Shown here: positions 50,245-60,744 of the stretch, piece by piece | How positions within the stretch are numbered: position 1 is the first letter of the stretch | Layout of the letters: every line of letters starts with the position of its first letter | From: a bacterium | GTDB taxonomy: Bacteria > Patescibacteriota > Dojkabacteria > B142 > OLB20 | Length of the DNA stretch: 64,000 nucleotides | Reading direction: 5' to 3' | NCBI GenBank assembly: GCA_021463645.1 | Contig: JAJTYI010000006.1 | Coordinates: 117,692-181,691, forward strand | Notes under the pieces: model-generated | Seen by the model: the letters and a program-made list of their open reading frames with translations, nothing else | Told to the model about the DNA's origin: nothing | Database searches by the model: none | Position numbers and translations under genes: made by a program

Positions 50245-51009
50245 ATGTTAACAAACCATCTTATTAAGCTTGGCTTCAGCCAAGGAGAAGCTAAAGTTTA
50301 TATTGCATTATTAAACGGCGGGGATTTAACTGCTACCGAATTGGCATCAAAAACCAACCTTGGACGCACAAATATTTATAATTATGCAAAAAGCTTGCAA
50401 GAAAGAGGACTTATTGCAGACTATGAAAGAAATAATAAGGTCTTTTTTAAAGCTTCCGATCCCAGAGAACTATACACATTGTTAGATGTTCAAAAAAAAG
50501 AACTAAACAATCTTTCTTTGGAACACCTAAATCTATTACCAAGATTCAATAAAATCTATCGCCAACAAAGTAAATCTCCAATAATGCACCTATATCTAGG
50601 TAAGAAGGACTGGAAAAAACTTATGAAAGAAGTTTATTTAGATCAAGAATCGAGAGAGATTTTTGTTTTGGTTCCAGACTTGGATGATTATTCTCCTGTT
50701 CCTCCAGTCTACCAAAACGCACTTTTCAACAACAAGGTTTTGACAAATTTAATAACGAACAAGGTGTCTAACATCGAAAACTTTTATAAAAAGGATCCTA
50801 AGAAAAATAGAAAAACTATTCAAATTGATAAGAATATATTTCCGATTACAGTACATACTATTGTTGCCAAAAACAGCATTTATTATGGAGACTTCAGTCA
50901 AAATGACCTTCAAGTAAACTCAGTGGAGGATAAGTATATAAGCAGGATATTCTACTCTTTTTTATCCTTTTTGACTAAGAGTCAGTACCAATCAAATCCG
51001 GCAAACTGA
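50245..51009 (+). CDS. TrmB-family transcriptional regulator
   Basis: LGFSQGEAKVYIALL, ELA..TNLGRTNIY...L.ERGLI. Confidence 0.88.
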   Translation: MLTNHLIKLGFSQGEAKVYIALLNGGDLTATELASKTNLGRTNIYNYAKSLQERGLIADYERNNKVFFKASDPRELYTLLDVQKKELNNLSLEHLNLLPRFNKIYRQQSKSPIMHLYLGKKDWKKLMKEVYLDQESREIFVLVPDLDDYSPVPPVYQNALFNNKVLTNLITNKVSNIENFYKKDPKKNRKTIQIDKNIFPITVHTIVAKNSIYYGDFSQNDLQVNSVEDKYISRIFYSFLSFLTKSQYQSNPAN

Positions 51010-51132
51010 GTAAATATTTGTTTCATCTTTGCTTTGTGACGCAAATTCGAAAACAATGTCTTGACATATCCTAAAAATTTTCATAAAAACCCCAGAAAAA
51101 TCTGATTTAATAGGGTGTACTTAAATACACCG

Positions 51133-52650
51133 ATGTTTTATAAGATAAAAACTCTAGGATTAATAGGATTATCAGCTAATGAAATTACTGTCGAGGTCGA
51201 TATTAATAGTGGTTTATTTGCTTTTAATATAGTAGGCCTTGCTGGAAAATCTGTTCAAGAGTCAAAGGAAAGGGTGTATTCGGCTATAAGGAATTCTGGG
51301 TTTGAAATGCCCATGAAAAGAATCACAGTCAACCTTTCCCCCGCAGATATTACAAAAAACAGCTCCAGTTTTGATTTGCCAATAGCAGTTGCTATTCTGA
51401 AAGCTACTAATCAAATAAACATTGATATAAAAGATACTGTTATTTGGGGAGATCTATCCCTTGAAGGAAAAGCACTACACTCTCGTGGAGCATTAGCGAT
51501 TACGGATGCAGCAAAAAAATTAGGTTATAACCGCATAATATTACCGCAGATAAACGCAAAAGAAGCGGGAATAGTCTCGGGAATTGAAATCTTTGGCATT
51601 CCAAAACTGACAGATACCAATAATATTAGTGAGTTCTGTTATAGTGCGAGAATCGCCGAAAATCACAAAGTAAATAATATCAAAGACCTTGATGAAGATT
51701 ACGACTTCGCATACGTTAAAGGTCAACAGAATCTTAAAAGAGCATTTGAAATCGCTTCAGCTGGAGGACACAATATCCTCCTCAATGGGGTACCTGGTTC
51801 AGGCAAAACCTTTATAAGTAGATGTATGACTGGTATTCTTCCAGACATGGAGATGAACGAGATTATCGAAGTCACAAAAATATATAGCATTGCTGGTCTC
51901 TTAAATGAAAATAGTGTTATAACCAAAAGACCCTTTCGTAGCCCACATCATACGAGCTCCCATGTAGCTCTCATTGGAGGGGGGAGTATTCCAAAACCAG
52001 GTGAGATTACTTTGGCTCATAGAGGAGTACTATTTTTAGACGAGTTCAACGAATTCGAACCTAGAGCACTAGAAAGCTTAAGACAGCCACTTGAGGATAA
52101 GGTTGTACATATTTCTAGAGCTAGTGCAGTCATGGAGTATCCTTCAAATTTTATGTTGATTGGAGCAATGAATCCTTGTAGGTGTGGATTTTTCGGTGAC
52201 AGTAATAAAGAATGTATCTGTACTCCTTATGATCTTGAGAAATTTAAGCGAAAAATGAGTGGACCAATTTTAGACAGAATTGATTTACAAATTTTCGTAA
52301 AGAAAGTAACAAAAAATGACTTAATTAACGACTCCAAAGGTGAACCAAGCAAAATGATTAGAAAGAGGGTAATTAATGCACGGAAAATCCAGTTAGATAG
52401 GATAAGCGCTATAAAAAAACCAGACGTATTCAATAATTCCGACCTCAATCACTTACAAATAAAAGCATTTGTGAACTTGAGTCCAAAAGCCAAAACTCTG
52501 GTGTCAAAAGTTATCGACAGCTTGGATCTCTCGGCAAGAGGATATTTCAGGATCTTAAAATTGTCGCGGACAATCGCTGACCTTGAAGGATCAGACAGCG
52601 TAAAAGAAAACCATATAGCTGAAGCAGTTTCGTATAGACTGTTGTCTTAG
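51133..52650 (+). CDS. comM: YifB/ComM Mg-chelatase-like AAA+ ATPase
   Basis: ITVNLSPAD, GVPGSGKT, RPFRSPHH, AHRGVLFLDE, NPCRCG. Confidence 0.93.
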   Translation: MFYKIKTLGLIGLSANEITVEVDINSGLFAFNIVGLAGKSVQESKERVYSAIRNSGFEMPMKRITVNLSPADITKNSSSFDLPIAVAILKATNQINIDIKDTVIWGDLSLEGKALHSRGALAITDAAKKLGYNRIILPQINAKEAGIVSGIEIFGIPKLTDTNNISEFCYSARIAENHKVNNIKDLDEDYDFAYVKGQQNLKRAFEIASAGGHNILLNGVPGSGKTFISRCMTGILPDMEMNEIIEVTKIYSIAGLLNENSVITKRPFRSPHHTSSHVALIGGGSIPKPGEITLAHRGVLFLDEFNEFEPRALESLRQPLEDKVVHISRASAVMEYPSNFMLIGAMNPCRCGFFGDSNKECICTPYDLEKFKRKMSGPILDRIDLQIFVKKVTKNDLINDSKGEPSKMIRKRVINARKIQLDRISAIKKPDVFNNSDLNHLQIKAFVNLSPKAKTLVSKVIDSLDLSARGYFRILKLSRTIADLEGSDSVKENHIAEAVSYRLLS

Positions 52651-52651
52651 G

Positions 52652-53227
52652 TTATTGAATTTCGGGGTAACAATCGTTAAATTTTATATACGAATTCAGC
52701 TCTTCTAACCTCCAGATGTTTGCAGGATTACTGATATAGCTTACAAACAAGATTCCATTTAAATGATCAACTTCATGTTGAACTACATGTGAAAAATATC
52801 CGTTAGTCTTCAGTCTTTTTTTAGAGCCATCAGGAGAAATGTATTCGACTGTTACTTTCTTGGATCTCTCAACTGGTCCCCAAAGGTTGTCTTTTCCCAC
52901 TCCAATACTCAGACAAGCTTCCCATTCTATTGAATTATCAGAACTTGTTTGAACTACTTTGGGGTTTATCAAGACTTCCCATAATTCTTCTCTTTCGAAA
53001 TGTTTATCTGGGTGCTTTTCTTCCAGATCAACACGTCTGCAGACACAAATGCTTTTACTCACGCCGATTTGGGGAGATGCTAGACCTGCAGAGATATCCG
53101 CATTTTCCTCACAAGTATCTAAAAGGTCTTGTATGAGACTTTTTATTTCATCTGAATGCACATCGATGACATCCGTTGTTTTAGTTGTTAGGATTGGGTT
53201 TCCAATCTGTAAGATATCTTTTACCAT
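52652..53227 (-). CDS. def: Peptide deformylase
   Basis: GLASPQIG, EACLS, QHEVDHLNG; ATG 53227. Confidence 0.92.
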   Translation of the reverse strand: MVKDILQIGNPILTTKTTDVIDVHSDEIKSLIQDLLDTCEENADISAGLASPQIGVSKSICVCRRVDLEEKHPDKHFEREELWEVLINPKVVQTSSDNSIEWEACLSIGVGKDNLWGPVERSKKVTVEYISPDGSKKRLKTNGYFSHVVQHEVDHLNGILFVSYISNPANIWRLEELNSYIKFNDCYPEIQ

Positions 53228-53596
53228 GACCAATTTTATCACAAATACCCTCCTACTAGGGATAATCAAAAATAAATATAAGAAAAAAATCACAATAAAT
53301 TTGAATTGTCTTGTCTAGCATAAATATCGGTTTCTCGAATGTTAAAAGTCTTGGTTATAGAGGTGTTATAGATACCTGTCTTTGGAAACCCCTTGTAGAC
53401 AAGATTAGAGGGGTTCTGAATTATATTCCCAAACCAAGGTATATTAAAAATATAAGAGCGGTATACGAAAAGTGTAGGACTACTATAACGCTTATTTGAT
53501 AGGTCTTCACTTGACAAAACTCTAGAAATTTAGCACACTCTAAACATATCCTAGTTTTCAAACTTGGGAAATCTCTAAGAAAGGAGGTAAATAAAA

Positions 53597-53869
53597 ATGA
53601 ACAAAGCAGATTTAGTAGCTAAAGTTGCCAGCAAAACTGGTCTAACTAAAAAAGCCGCTCAAGACGCAATGGAAGCTTTAATGGAAGCAGTTATGGTAGC
53701 AGTTTCAAAAGGTGATTCTGTTACTTTGACAGGTTTCGGTACATACAAGGCCTCTAAAAGAGCAGCAAGAAATGGAAGAAATCCACAAAGTGGACAGGTG
53801 ATTAAAATCCCTGCAAGAACAGTTCCTGTATTCAGACCTGGGAAAGAATTTAAAGAAATGGTCAAATAA
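53597..53869 (+). CDS. hup: DNA-binding protein HU
   Basis: MNKADLV, GFGT, RNGRNPQSG; strong SD AAGGAGGT. Confidence 0.97.
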   Translation: MNKADLVAKVASKTGLTKKAAQDAMEALMEAVMVAVSKGDSVTLTGFGTYKASKRAARNGRNPQSGQVIKIPARTVPVFRPGKEFKEMVK

Positions 53870-53901
53870 TCTAAGAGTACAATTTTTTGAATTAAGTACA
53901 A

Positions 53902-53931
53902 CCGCCTTCGTTTTCGAGGGCGGATTGTTTT
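53902..53931 (+). terminator. Intrinsic terminator after hup
   Basis: CCGCCTTCG-TTTT-CGAGGGCGG followed by ATTGTTTT. Confidence 0.75.
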
Positions 53932-53992
53932 CTTGACATCCCCACCCTAAGTGCTAATATCTCTTCTGGTATTTATTTTTTAGATCACTATA

Positions 53993-55234
53993 TTGACTGC
54001 TATTATTTCTCTTTCAGCCTTACTACTCGCTATTTTTATCGGAATAATACGACCTAAGGTTAACATAGGGGTAGTCAGTATAGTTTTTGCATTAATTATT
54101 GGAATTTTGATTCTTGGTATAAAAGAGAAGGAAGTAACAAGTCTTTTTCCTTCTAGTTTGTTTTTGATGTTAGTTGGAATCACGCTATTTTTCGGTATCG
54201 CATCAACAAATGGTTCACTCTCAAAACTTACCGATTCTTTAATCTCTCGAGTTGGCGGTAAAACAAAATTACTACCAATTTCAATCTTTGTTCTAACCTT
54301 TGTATTATCGGCAATAGGACCCGGAAATATCGCAGCTACTTTACTGATTGCACCAGTAGCAATGCAACTTTCTGCCAAGTCGAAAATAAGCCCATTGCTT
54401 ATGGCTATAATGGTTGCCACTGGTGCTAACGCTGGTGCATTTTCCCCTGTTGCTCCGACTGGTGTTGTTAGCACAGGGTTAATACAGAAGATCGGCGTCA
54501 TGGATATTGACCTGCCACTCAAAATATTTATTGGAACTGCGATAATTCAGTCATTAAGCGCCATGTTGGCATATGTTGTCTTCAAAGGATATCTTTCTAG
54601 TAAAAGTATAGATATAGTCCATAAAGTTGAGAAATTTACTAGAAAAGACAAAATTACAGTTTTTTCTATTTTGTTGCTGGTCTTTTCTGTGATTGTACTA
54701 AAATTACCTATAACTGTGGTCGCATTCGGCTTGGCAATAGTATTATTGATATTTAATGTTGGAGATTCAGAGAAAACAATAAAACAAATTCCTTGGGATG
54801 CAATACTCCTTGTTACTGGTATAACTGTTTTAATCGGTGTGATGGAGAAAGGAGGAGGACTTGACCTGGCGACTGATTTGATAGCGAAAATTGCTTCTGT
54901 GGACAATATAAACGGGATTCTTTCTATAACCACTGGAGTTATTTCTGCTTATTCAAGTTCAAGTGGAGTTGTCATGCCGGCATTTATTCCACTAATTCCA
55001 TCAATCATAGAAAAAATTGGTGGCGGAAATATTACCGAAATGTTAATTGCAGTTAATGTCGGTTCACACATGGTTGACGTATCACCTTTGTCTACTCTTG
55101 GAGCTATTTGTATAGCTACAGCTCAAATTGATCAAGTTGAAAAAGGAAAACTCTTTCGAAATTTAATGATATGGGGATTAGCAATGGCTGTTTTTGGGTC
55201 TTTGGTCATCTATGTTCTCCTCGATTTATTATAA
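53993..55234 (+). CDS. SLC13/CitM/MatC-like dicarboxylate permease
   Basis: ~12 TM; FPSSLFLMLVGITLFFGIA..NG, GANAGAFSP, DVSPLSTLGA. Confidence 0.8.
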   Translation: MTAIISLSALLLAIFIGIIRPKVNIGVVSIVFALIIGILILGIKEKEVTSLFPSSLFLMLVGITLFFGIASTNGSLSKLTDSLISRVGGKTKLLPISIFVLTFVLSAIGPGNIAATLLIAPVAMQLSAKSKISPLLMAIMVATGANAGAFSPVAPTGVVSTGLIQKIGVMDIDLPLKIFIGTAIIQSLSAMLAYVVFKGYLSSKSIDIVHKVEKFTRKDKITVFSILLLVFSVIVLKLPITVVAFGLAIVLLIFNVGDSEKTIKQIPWDAILLVTGITVLIGVMEKGGGLDLATDLIAKIASVDNINGILSITTGVISAYSSSSGVVMPAFIPLIPSIIEKIGGGNITEMLIAVNVGSHMVDVSPLSTLGAICIATAQIDQVEKGKLFRNLMIWGLAMAVFGSLVIYVLLDLL

Positions 55235-55296
55235 GATTCTACTGGATTAATATTACACTACTTGGATAGAGCATTCTGCTGTATAATTACAGTGTT

Positions 55297-56361
55297 ATGA
55301 AGATATTAAAACTCAATGTAAAAAACAAAAAAAGTGTTATCGATGAGGCGGTAACAGTTTTTAAAAAAGGTGGACTTGTTGTATATCCAACCGAAACCTG
55401 CTATGGCGCAGGAGTGATGGCTACGAATGAAAATGCGGTGAAAAAATTGTTGAAGTATAAGAAAAGACCTTCGGGGAAAGCTATTAGCATTGCGGTCGCG
55501 GACATTAATATGGCTAGAAAGTTTGTAATAATTAATAAAACAGCAGAAAGTGTTTACGAGAAATTTCTACCAGGACCTGTTACAGTTGTTTCGGAATCGA
55601 GAAATAATGTTGCCGATGGAATCGCGTCAGAGTTTAATACTCTTGGAGTGAGAATTCCAAACTTTGCGTTCATGTTGGATGTTATCGATAAACTTGGCTC
55701 GCCAATAACTGCAACATCAGCAAACTCTGCCGGTAAAAAAACGCCATACAATGTTGACGATATTCTTGATAATTTGTCAGAAAATCAAAAAAGTTTAATT
55801 GATTTAATAATAGATGCTGGTCAACTACCCAAGAATCCTCCATCAACTGTAGTCGATACAACCCAGGAATCAATGCAGGTCTTGAGAGAAGGTAGTCTAG
55901 ATATTTCGAAGGACGGAATACTGGTTGCAAATGAAGAGGAAATGCGTGAACATGGTGAAAAATTTATGGAAAAGAACTTTTCAGATTTAACAGAGAAAGG
56001 TTTGTTAATTTTTCTTAACGCTGAGTTGGGAGCAGGAAAGACGCAATTTGTAAAAGGAATTGCAAAAAGTATGGGAATCGAAGAAGTTGTAAAGTCCCCC
56101 ACCTATTCGATCATGGAAGAGTATGATGCACCAAGAGGGAAATTAATCCATGTTGATACTTGGAGGCTGACAAATATCTCCGAATTAAAGCAACTTATGA
56201 TTAGTAAATATTTGAAGAAGGGTACTGTTATCGCTATCGAGTGGTCGGCAGGTGTTGAAGAGTATTTTAATGAAATGGCAAATGCGAAAGGAATAAAAAC
56301 TGTAAAAATTGATATTAATTATATCGATGCGAATAAAAGGTGTTTAATGATATGGGATTGA
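55297..56361 (+). CDS. TsaC(YrdC/Sua5)-TsaE fusion protein
   Basis: N-half YPTETCYG, KKRP, PGP, GVRIP, TSAN, PSTVVD; C-half ELGAGKTQFVKG, KSPTY, HVDTWRL, IEW. Confidence 0.9.
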   Translation: MKILKLNVKNKKSVIDEAVTVFKKGGLVVYPTETCYGAGVMATNENAVKKLLKYKKRPSGKAISIAVADINMARKFVIINKTAESVYEKFLPGPVTVVSESRNNVADGIASEFNTLGVRIPNFAFMLDVIDKLGSPITATSANSAGKKTPYNVDDILDNLSENQKSLIDLIIDAGQLPKNPPSTVVDTTQESMQVLREGSLDISKDGILVANEEEMREHGEKFMEKNFSDLTEKGLLIFLNAELGAGKTQFVKGIAKSMGIEEVVKSPTYSIMEEYDAPRGKLIHVDTWRLTNISELKQLMISKYLKKGTVIAIEWSAGVEEYFNEMANAKGIKTVKIDINYIDANKRCLMIWD

Positions 56362-57437
56362 AAAGCTTGAAACCAATAATCCTCGGGATAGATACTTCGT
56401 GTGATGAGACATCCGCTGGAGTTACTCATGGAGACGCTGTCCTCTCAAATGTCATTTCCTCACAAATTGATCTGCACAAAATCTGGGGTGGGGTAGTTCC
56501 CGACATCGCGCGAAGGGCTCATCAAGAACGAATTGACGAAGTCATCGAAAAATCATTAATACTAGCTTCTAGAAATTTCAATAAGAAAATTAATCTTGAA
56601 AATATTGATGCGGTTGCGGTTACATATGGACCGGGCTTGGCAATTGCTTTGGAGGTGGGGATAGAAAAGGCGAAAGAAATCTCTAAAAAATATAATAAAC
56701 CTTTAATGGCTGTAAATCACTTGGAGGGGCATCTTCTGTCTGCAATGGCAAAGGATAGTTTAGGGGAAAAAGGTCTAACATTAGCAAAAAGAGATTTCCC
56801 TGCACTTGGCCTTATTATTTCGGGAAAACATACTGAAATTGTTTTGGTTAGAGATATTGGTGATTATGAAGTAGTTGGAGAAACACTTGATGATGCCATC
56901 GGAGAAGCTTATGACAAGGTCGGGAGAATGTTAGAATTGGGTTATCCAGCCGGTCCCGTTGTGACCAAATTTGCAAAACTTGGTGATTCCTCAAGATTTA
57001 CACTCCCTGTTCCCATGCGAAATAAAAAGGATAGCCTGGATTTCAGTTTTTCGGGGTTGAAAACAGCGGTATATTACATGGTTAAAAAAGACCTTGGAGT
57101 TATGTCAAAACAAGATGTCTACGATATGTGTGCTAGTTTCGAGAATTCTGCAATTCTACATCTACAAGACAAATTAGAATTGGCAATTAATAAATATAAC
57201 CCCAAATTGATTTTAGTTGGTGGGGGTGTTGCCTCAAGTCCAAAAGTAAGAGCCTCTATCAGAAAAACTACCCATAATTTCGGTCTCAAGGCATACTTCC
57301 CCAACTCAAACAAGCTTTACATGGACAACGGAGCAATGATAGGGTTGGTCGCCTCAAATAAGTACGTTAACAAAGATTTTGTGGCAAACCTTATAGATCT
57401 CGAAAGAGAACCAAGAGCTAGTTTGAATAAACCGTAA
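56352..57437 (+). CDS. tsaD: tRNA N6-threonylcarbamoyltransferase TsaD
   Basis: ILGIDTSCDET, GGVVP, NHLEGH, DDAIGEAYDK, FSFSGLKT, DNGAMI. Confidence 0.97.
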   Translation: MGLKSLKPIILGIDTSCDETSAGVTHGDAVLSNVISSQIDLHKIWGGVVPDIARRAHQERIDEVIEKSLILASRNFNKKINLENIDAVAVTYGPGLAIALEVGIEKAKEISKKYNKPLMAVNHLEGHLLSAMAKDSLGEKGLTLAKRDFPALGLIISGKHTEIVLVRDIGDYEVVGETLDDAIGEAYDKVGRMLELGYPAGPVVTKFAKLGDSSRFTLPVPMRNKKDSLDFSFSGLKTAVYYMVKKDLGVMSKQDVYDMCASFENSAILHLQDKLELAINKYNPKLILVGGGVASSPKVRASIRKTTHNFGLKAYFPNSNKLYMDNGAMIGLVASNKYVNKDFVANLIDLEREPRASLNKP

Positions 57438-57475
57438 TAACTATTTTTGTCTAAACAAAACTGCTTGTTATTCTA

Positions 57476-59344
57476 TTATAGACATTTATTCCTCATCTCA
57501 ATGCTCATTGGTGAGCCATTTTCAACGAAATCGTTATAATCGTCTAAACACACCTGACAGTCTGGCGAGTTGTTTGTACATAAATCACAGACTTTGTAAA
57601 AACTTAGATATTCGCAGACATTTGACTGAGTGTAATAATCTTCTGAAGTATAGTCATCATAATCATAATCCTCATCATAATTATAGTCTGGGTCTTCATA
57701 GGATGGCTCTACAAGATTAAGTGCGTCTTCTTTCAATAATCCTTGTAAATCCATAAGGGTTAGGGTGGTAGGATTTTCAGGTGTTTCAATTGGGGTAACC
57801 ATCTTCATCCCTGTCATCTTGAACTCAAAAAGACCTTTAACATTATTCCCACTCTCTTCAATTTCGAAATCATATGCCACCTTTACTGGGTAACTTTCTA
57901 GCTTAGCGAAACATAATGTCAACTCAGATTTTTTCATTGGGAATTCTAAATCGTTCATTTGGTCATATTCTTCTTCGCTAAAATTCTCGTCATATAATTT
58001 CCCGGCTTCCTTGTAAATATTTATTATATTTTCTTTCGTCAACGACATCACATAGCATCTGGCATTTGTTTCGGAAACTTTCTCATCGAAACTGTTGGTA
58101 ATTGAATTTTGTACAGCAGGACTATTGATTAGTTGAATCACTTTATCGTAATCTTCTTTTTTTAGCTCTGTTTGGTCTTGACTACCAAATTCTTCTAGTA
58201 ATTCTTCGGGGTTATATAGGTTTGCTTCTACACCTGCTTCTTTAGCCAATGTCTCTGGGTCGAGCATAAACCATTTCCCTTCTATTTCCTCGACCTTTAC
58301 GTAATCATTTCGTGGGAACCGGTCAAGGTTGAAGTAAATAAGCTTATCAAGGATTCTAGTTTCAAAACCTGTATTAAGATTTACACCTGGAACTTCAAAT
58401 TCCACATTAGTAATATTTCTAGCTCGGTCTTGATTGTTGAATTGTACGGAGTCTTGAGAGGTAAATGTGATTTTCCCTTCCCTAGAGGATAAAATTTTAT
58501 TAATACTATCTTCGTTAATTTCTCCTGGATCTTTCAATCCAAGTACAGGTTGTAGTGACTCTGCCAAAGTATATTGTAGAGATAATGATGTGTCATAATT
58601 AATTTGCTCTGCGGTTTCAACCTCTTCAATAATTTTATCTGCTCCGATTGGTTTGATGTCTTGTGGATCAAAGTCTGGTTTGAAGGGGGTGTTATCCATG
58701 GTCAATGCTTTATACATTCCAAGATCCACTAGGTACTCCACTCTCGTACTAAATTGTTCTCCCTCGGATAATAAAATTGATTCTGTGAGTCCGGAGACTA
58801 GAGGAACATGATTTTCTTGTAGATATTTTGCTCCAAAAACAGCAACTGAAAGTGTCGCCAACACAACAAAAACTAATACTACAATAATCAATATTTTCAT
58901 AAATTTGGGTAGTCCTTTTTTAGGGGTTACATCAGTATTGGGCAATGGTGTTTGTGGGTTTTCATTTAATACAGGACTACTGATGGAGGTATTCATTGCT
59001 AAGTTTGTATTTGTTTCCTGAGGTGTATTTTGCGGAGCATAGCTTGTTATTGGGTTCGTCTGTTGAACACTATTGGTATTTTGAACAGGATTTTCTTGAA
59101 TTGCGGGTCGTTGTTCAACTAGCGGATTTTGAGCAGGTACACTTTGTACAGTTCTTGTCATTTCCTCTGGTATATCATTTGGAACTACATTTTGGTTTTG
59201 CATGGGACTCGTCAAATCAGGTGATGATGTCATTTGTGGGTTTGTAGGCTGAGAAGAATTTATGTTTCCAGAAAGTGTGGGGTCTAGTGATGAATCGGAA
59301 TTATTTGTACCTTGTGTACCACCATAAGGATTGGATGTGTTCAT
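57476..59344 (-). CDS. Large single-pass surface protein with a C-terminal six-Cys module
   Basis: Asn/Pro/Gln-rich N-terminus, TM, LppX/LprG-like beta region, acidic linker, C-x8-CxxC-x6-CxxC-x21-C. Confidence 0.7.
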   Translation of the reverse strand: MNTSNPYGGTQGTNNSDSSLDPTLSGNINSSQPTNPQMTSSPDLTSPMQNQNVVPNDIPEEMTRTVQSVPAQNPLVEQRPAIQENPVQNTNSVQQTNPITSYAPQNTPQETNTNLAMNTSISSPVLNENPQTPLPNTDVTPKKGLPKFMKILIIVVLVFVVLATLSVAVFGAKYLQENHVPLVSGLTESILLSEGEQFSTRVEYLVDLGMYKALTMDNTPFKPDFDPQDIKPIGADKIIEEVETAEQINYDTSLSLQYTLAESLQPVLGLKDPGEINEDSINKILSSREGKITFTSQDSVQFNNQDRARNITNVEFEVPGVNLNTGFETRILDKLIYFNLDRFPRNDYVKVEEIEGKWFMLDPETLAKEAGVEANLYNPEELLEEFGSQDQTELKKEDYDKVIQLINSPAVQNSITNSFDEKVSETNARCYVMSLTKENIINIYKEAGKLYDENFSEEEYDQMNDLEFPMKKSELTLCFAKLESYPVKVAYDFEIEESGNNVKGLFEFKMTGMKMVTPIETPENPTTLTLMDLQGLLKEDALNLVEPSYEDPDYNYDEDYDYDDYTSEDYYTQSNVCEYLSFYKVCDLCTNNSPDCQVCLDDYNDFVENGSPMSIEMRNKCL

Positions 59345-59471
59345 AATATTGTATTAATTTAATACTTTATGATACATAGAAAAGATACCTATGACAAAAA
59401 TTCCTTAAATTTTATATAGACATGACTATAATTAACTTTAAAAAAGACATTTTAACTCATCGGAATTTAAG

Positions 59472-60728
59472 TTATTTGCCAATATACTCTTTTCCAAAAT
59501 AAGGAACGAGTGCTTTCGGAATCCTAATTGATCCGTCTTTTTGCTGGAAATTCTCCATGATTACAATTGGAATTCTTGATGTAACTAAGGCTGTACCGTT
59601 TAGCATATGCACATATTCGTTTCCATTATCGGTTTTTACTCGGATGTTAAGGTTCCTAGCTTGAAAATCATCGGTATTCGATGTTGAGGTTATCTCTCCA
59701 TAGTCACCTCTGCCAGCCATCCATGCCTCAAGATCGTATTTTCTTGATGCAATGGCACCTAAGTCACCACTACACATTTCTAATACTCGATATGGAATCT
59801 CTAGTGCTTGAGTTAGTTCTTCCTCTACTCTTAAAATTTCTTGGTGCATAGCTTCGGAATGTTCGGGTAGACTATAAATGAACATTTCTAATTTAGTGAA
59901 TTGATGTACTCTATACAATCCTTTCGAGTATTTTCCATAAGCACCTGCTTCTTTTCTAAAGCAGTGGGAAACTGCAGCATACTTGAGTGGTAAATCTTCA
60001 GCTTTCAAAATCTCATCTGCGTGTAATCCCGCCATTGTGACTTCTGCAGTTGCGATTAAACCTAGGTCTTCCCCGTCAATTTCGTATATTTGCGCTTCGT
60101 CTCCCTTTGGAGCATAACCAGTCCCTAAATAATAACGTGACTTCGCCATATCGGGTGTCATTACAAGTGTGAAGCCTTTTTTCTCTAGAAAATTAATTCC
60201 AAACTGCAATAGTGCAAGTTCTAGCCGAACCGCATCATTTTTGAGGAAGTAAAACTGAGAACCACTCACCTTAGCTCCTGCCTCGAAATCTAACATATCG
60301 TGCATTTTCCCTAATTCGATGTGGTCTTTGGTTTCGAAATCGAAATTTGGGATTTTTCCTACTTTACGAAGCTCTACATTATCATCCTCATTTTTTCCAA
60401 TTGGAACTTCGGGTCTGTGTATGTTCGGGATGTTGTTAATTAGCTGATTCCACTCGCGTTCGAGCTCAACTAAATCATCTTCAACTGATTTTATAGTATC
60501 TTTAATTTTCTTCCCTTCTTCGCGCAGTGCTTCAAAGTCATTTGATTCCTTGCCTGTCTTTGCAAGTGTGTTTTTTTGTTGGTTTAAGTCTTCAAGTCTA
60601 GCTTGTGCCTCCATAAACTTCTTGTCGACATCCAACCATCTCTCTACAACCTGTGGATCCATTCCTCTTTCTGTTGTATTCTTCTTTACCAACTCTTGAT
60701 TTTTTCGAATAAATTTTGGGTTTAACAT
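59472..60728 (-). CDS. serS: Seryl-tRNA synthetase
   Basis: LIATAE, CFRKEAG, GLYRVHQFTKLE, EITSTSN, HMLNGT. Confidence 0.98.
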   Translation of the reverse strand: MLNPKFIRKNQELVKKNTTERGMDPQVVERWLDVDKKFMEAQARLEDLNQQKNTLAKTGKESNDFEALREEGKKIKDTIKSVEDDLVELEREWNQLINNIPNIHRPEVPIGKNEDDNVELRKVGKIPNFDFETKDHIELGKMHDMLDFEAGAKVSGSQFYFLKNDAVRLELALLQFGINFLEKKGFTLVMTPDMAKSRYYLGTGYAPKGDEAQIYEIDGEDLGLIATAEVTMAGLHADEILKAEDLPLKYAAVSHCFRKEAGAYGKYSKGLYRVHQFTKLEMFIYSLPEHSEAMHQEILRVEEELTQALEIPYRVLEMCSGDLGAIASRKYDLEAWMAGRGDYGEITSTSNTDDFQARNLNIRVKTDNGNEYVHMLNGTALVTSRIPIVIMENFQQKDGSIRIPKALVPYFGKEYIGK

Positions 60729-60744
60729 AATTAATTATTAATAA

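Noticed and set aside
53290..53517. Two small ORFs in the def-hup spacer
   Set aside because: They overlap each other, have weak starts and show no recognisable features.
53530..53960. CIRCE-like half sites (TTAGCAC, GTGCTAA)
   Set aside because: The halves are about 400 bp apart rather than 9 bp, and each coincides with a promoter -10 region.
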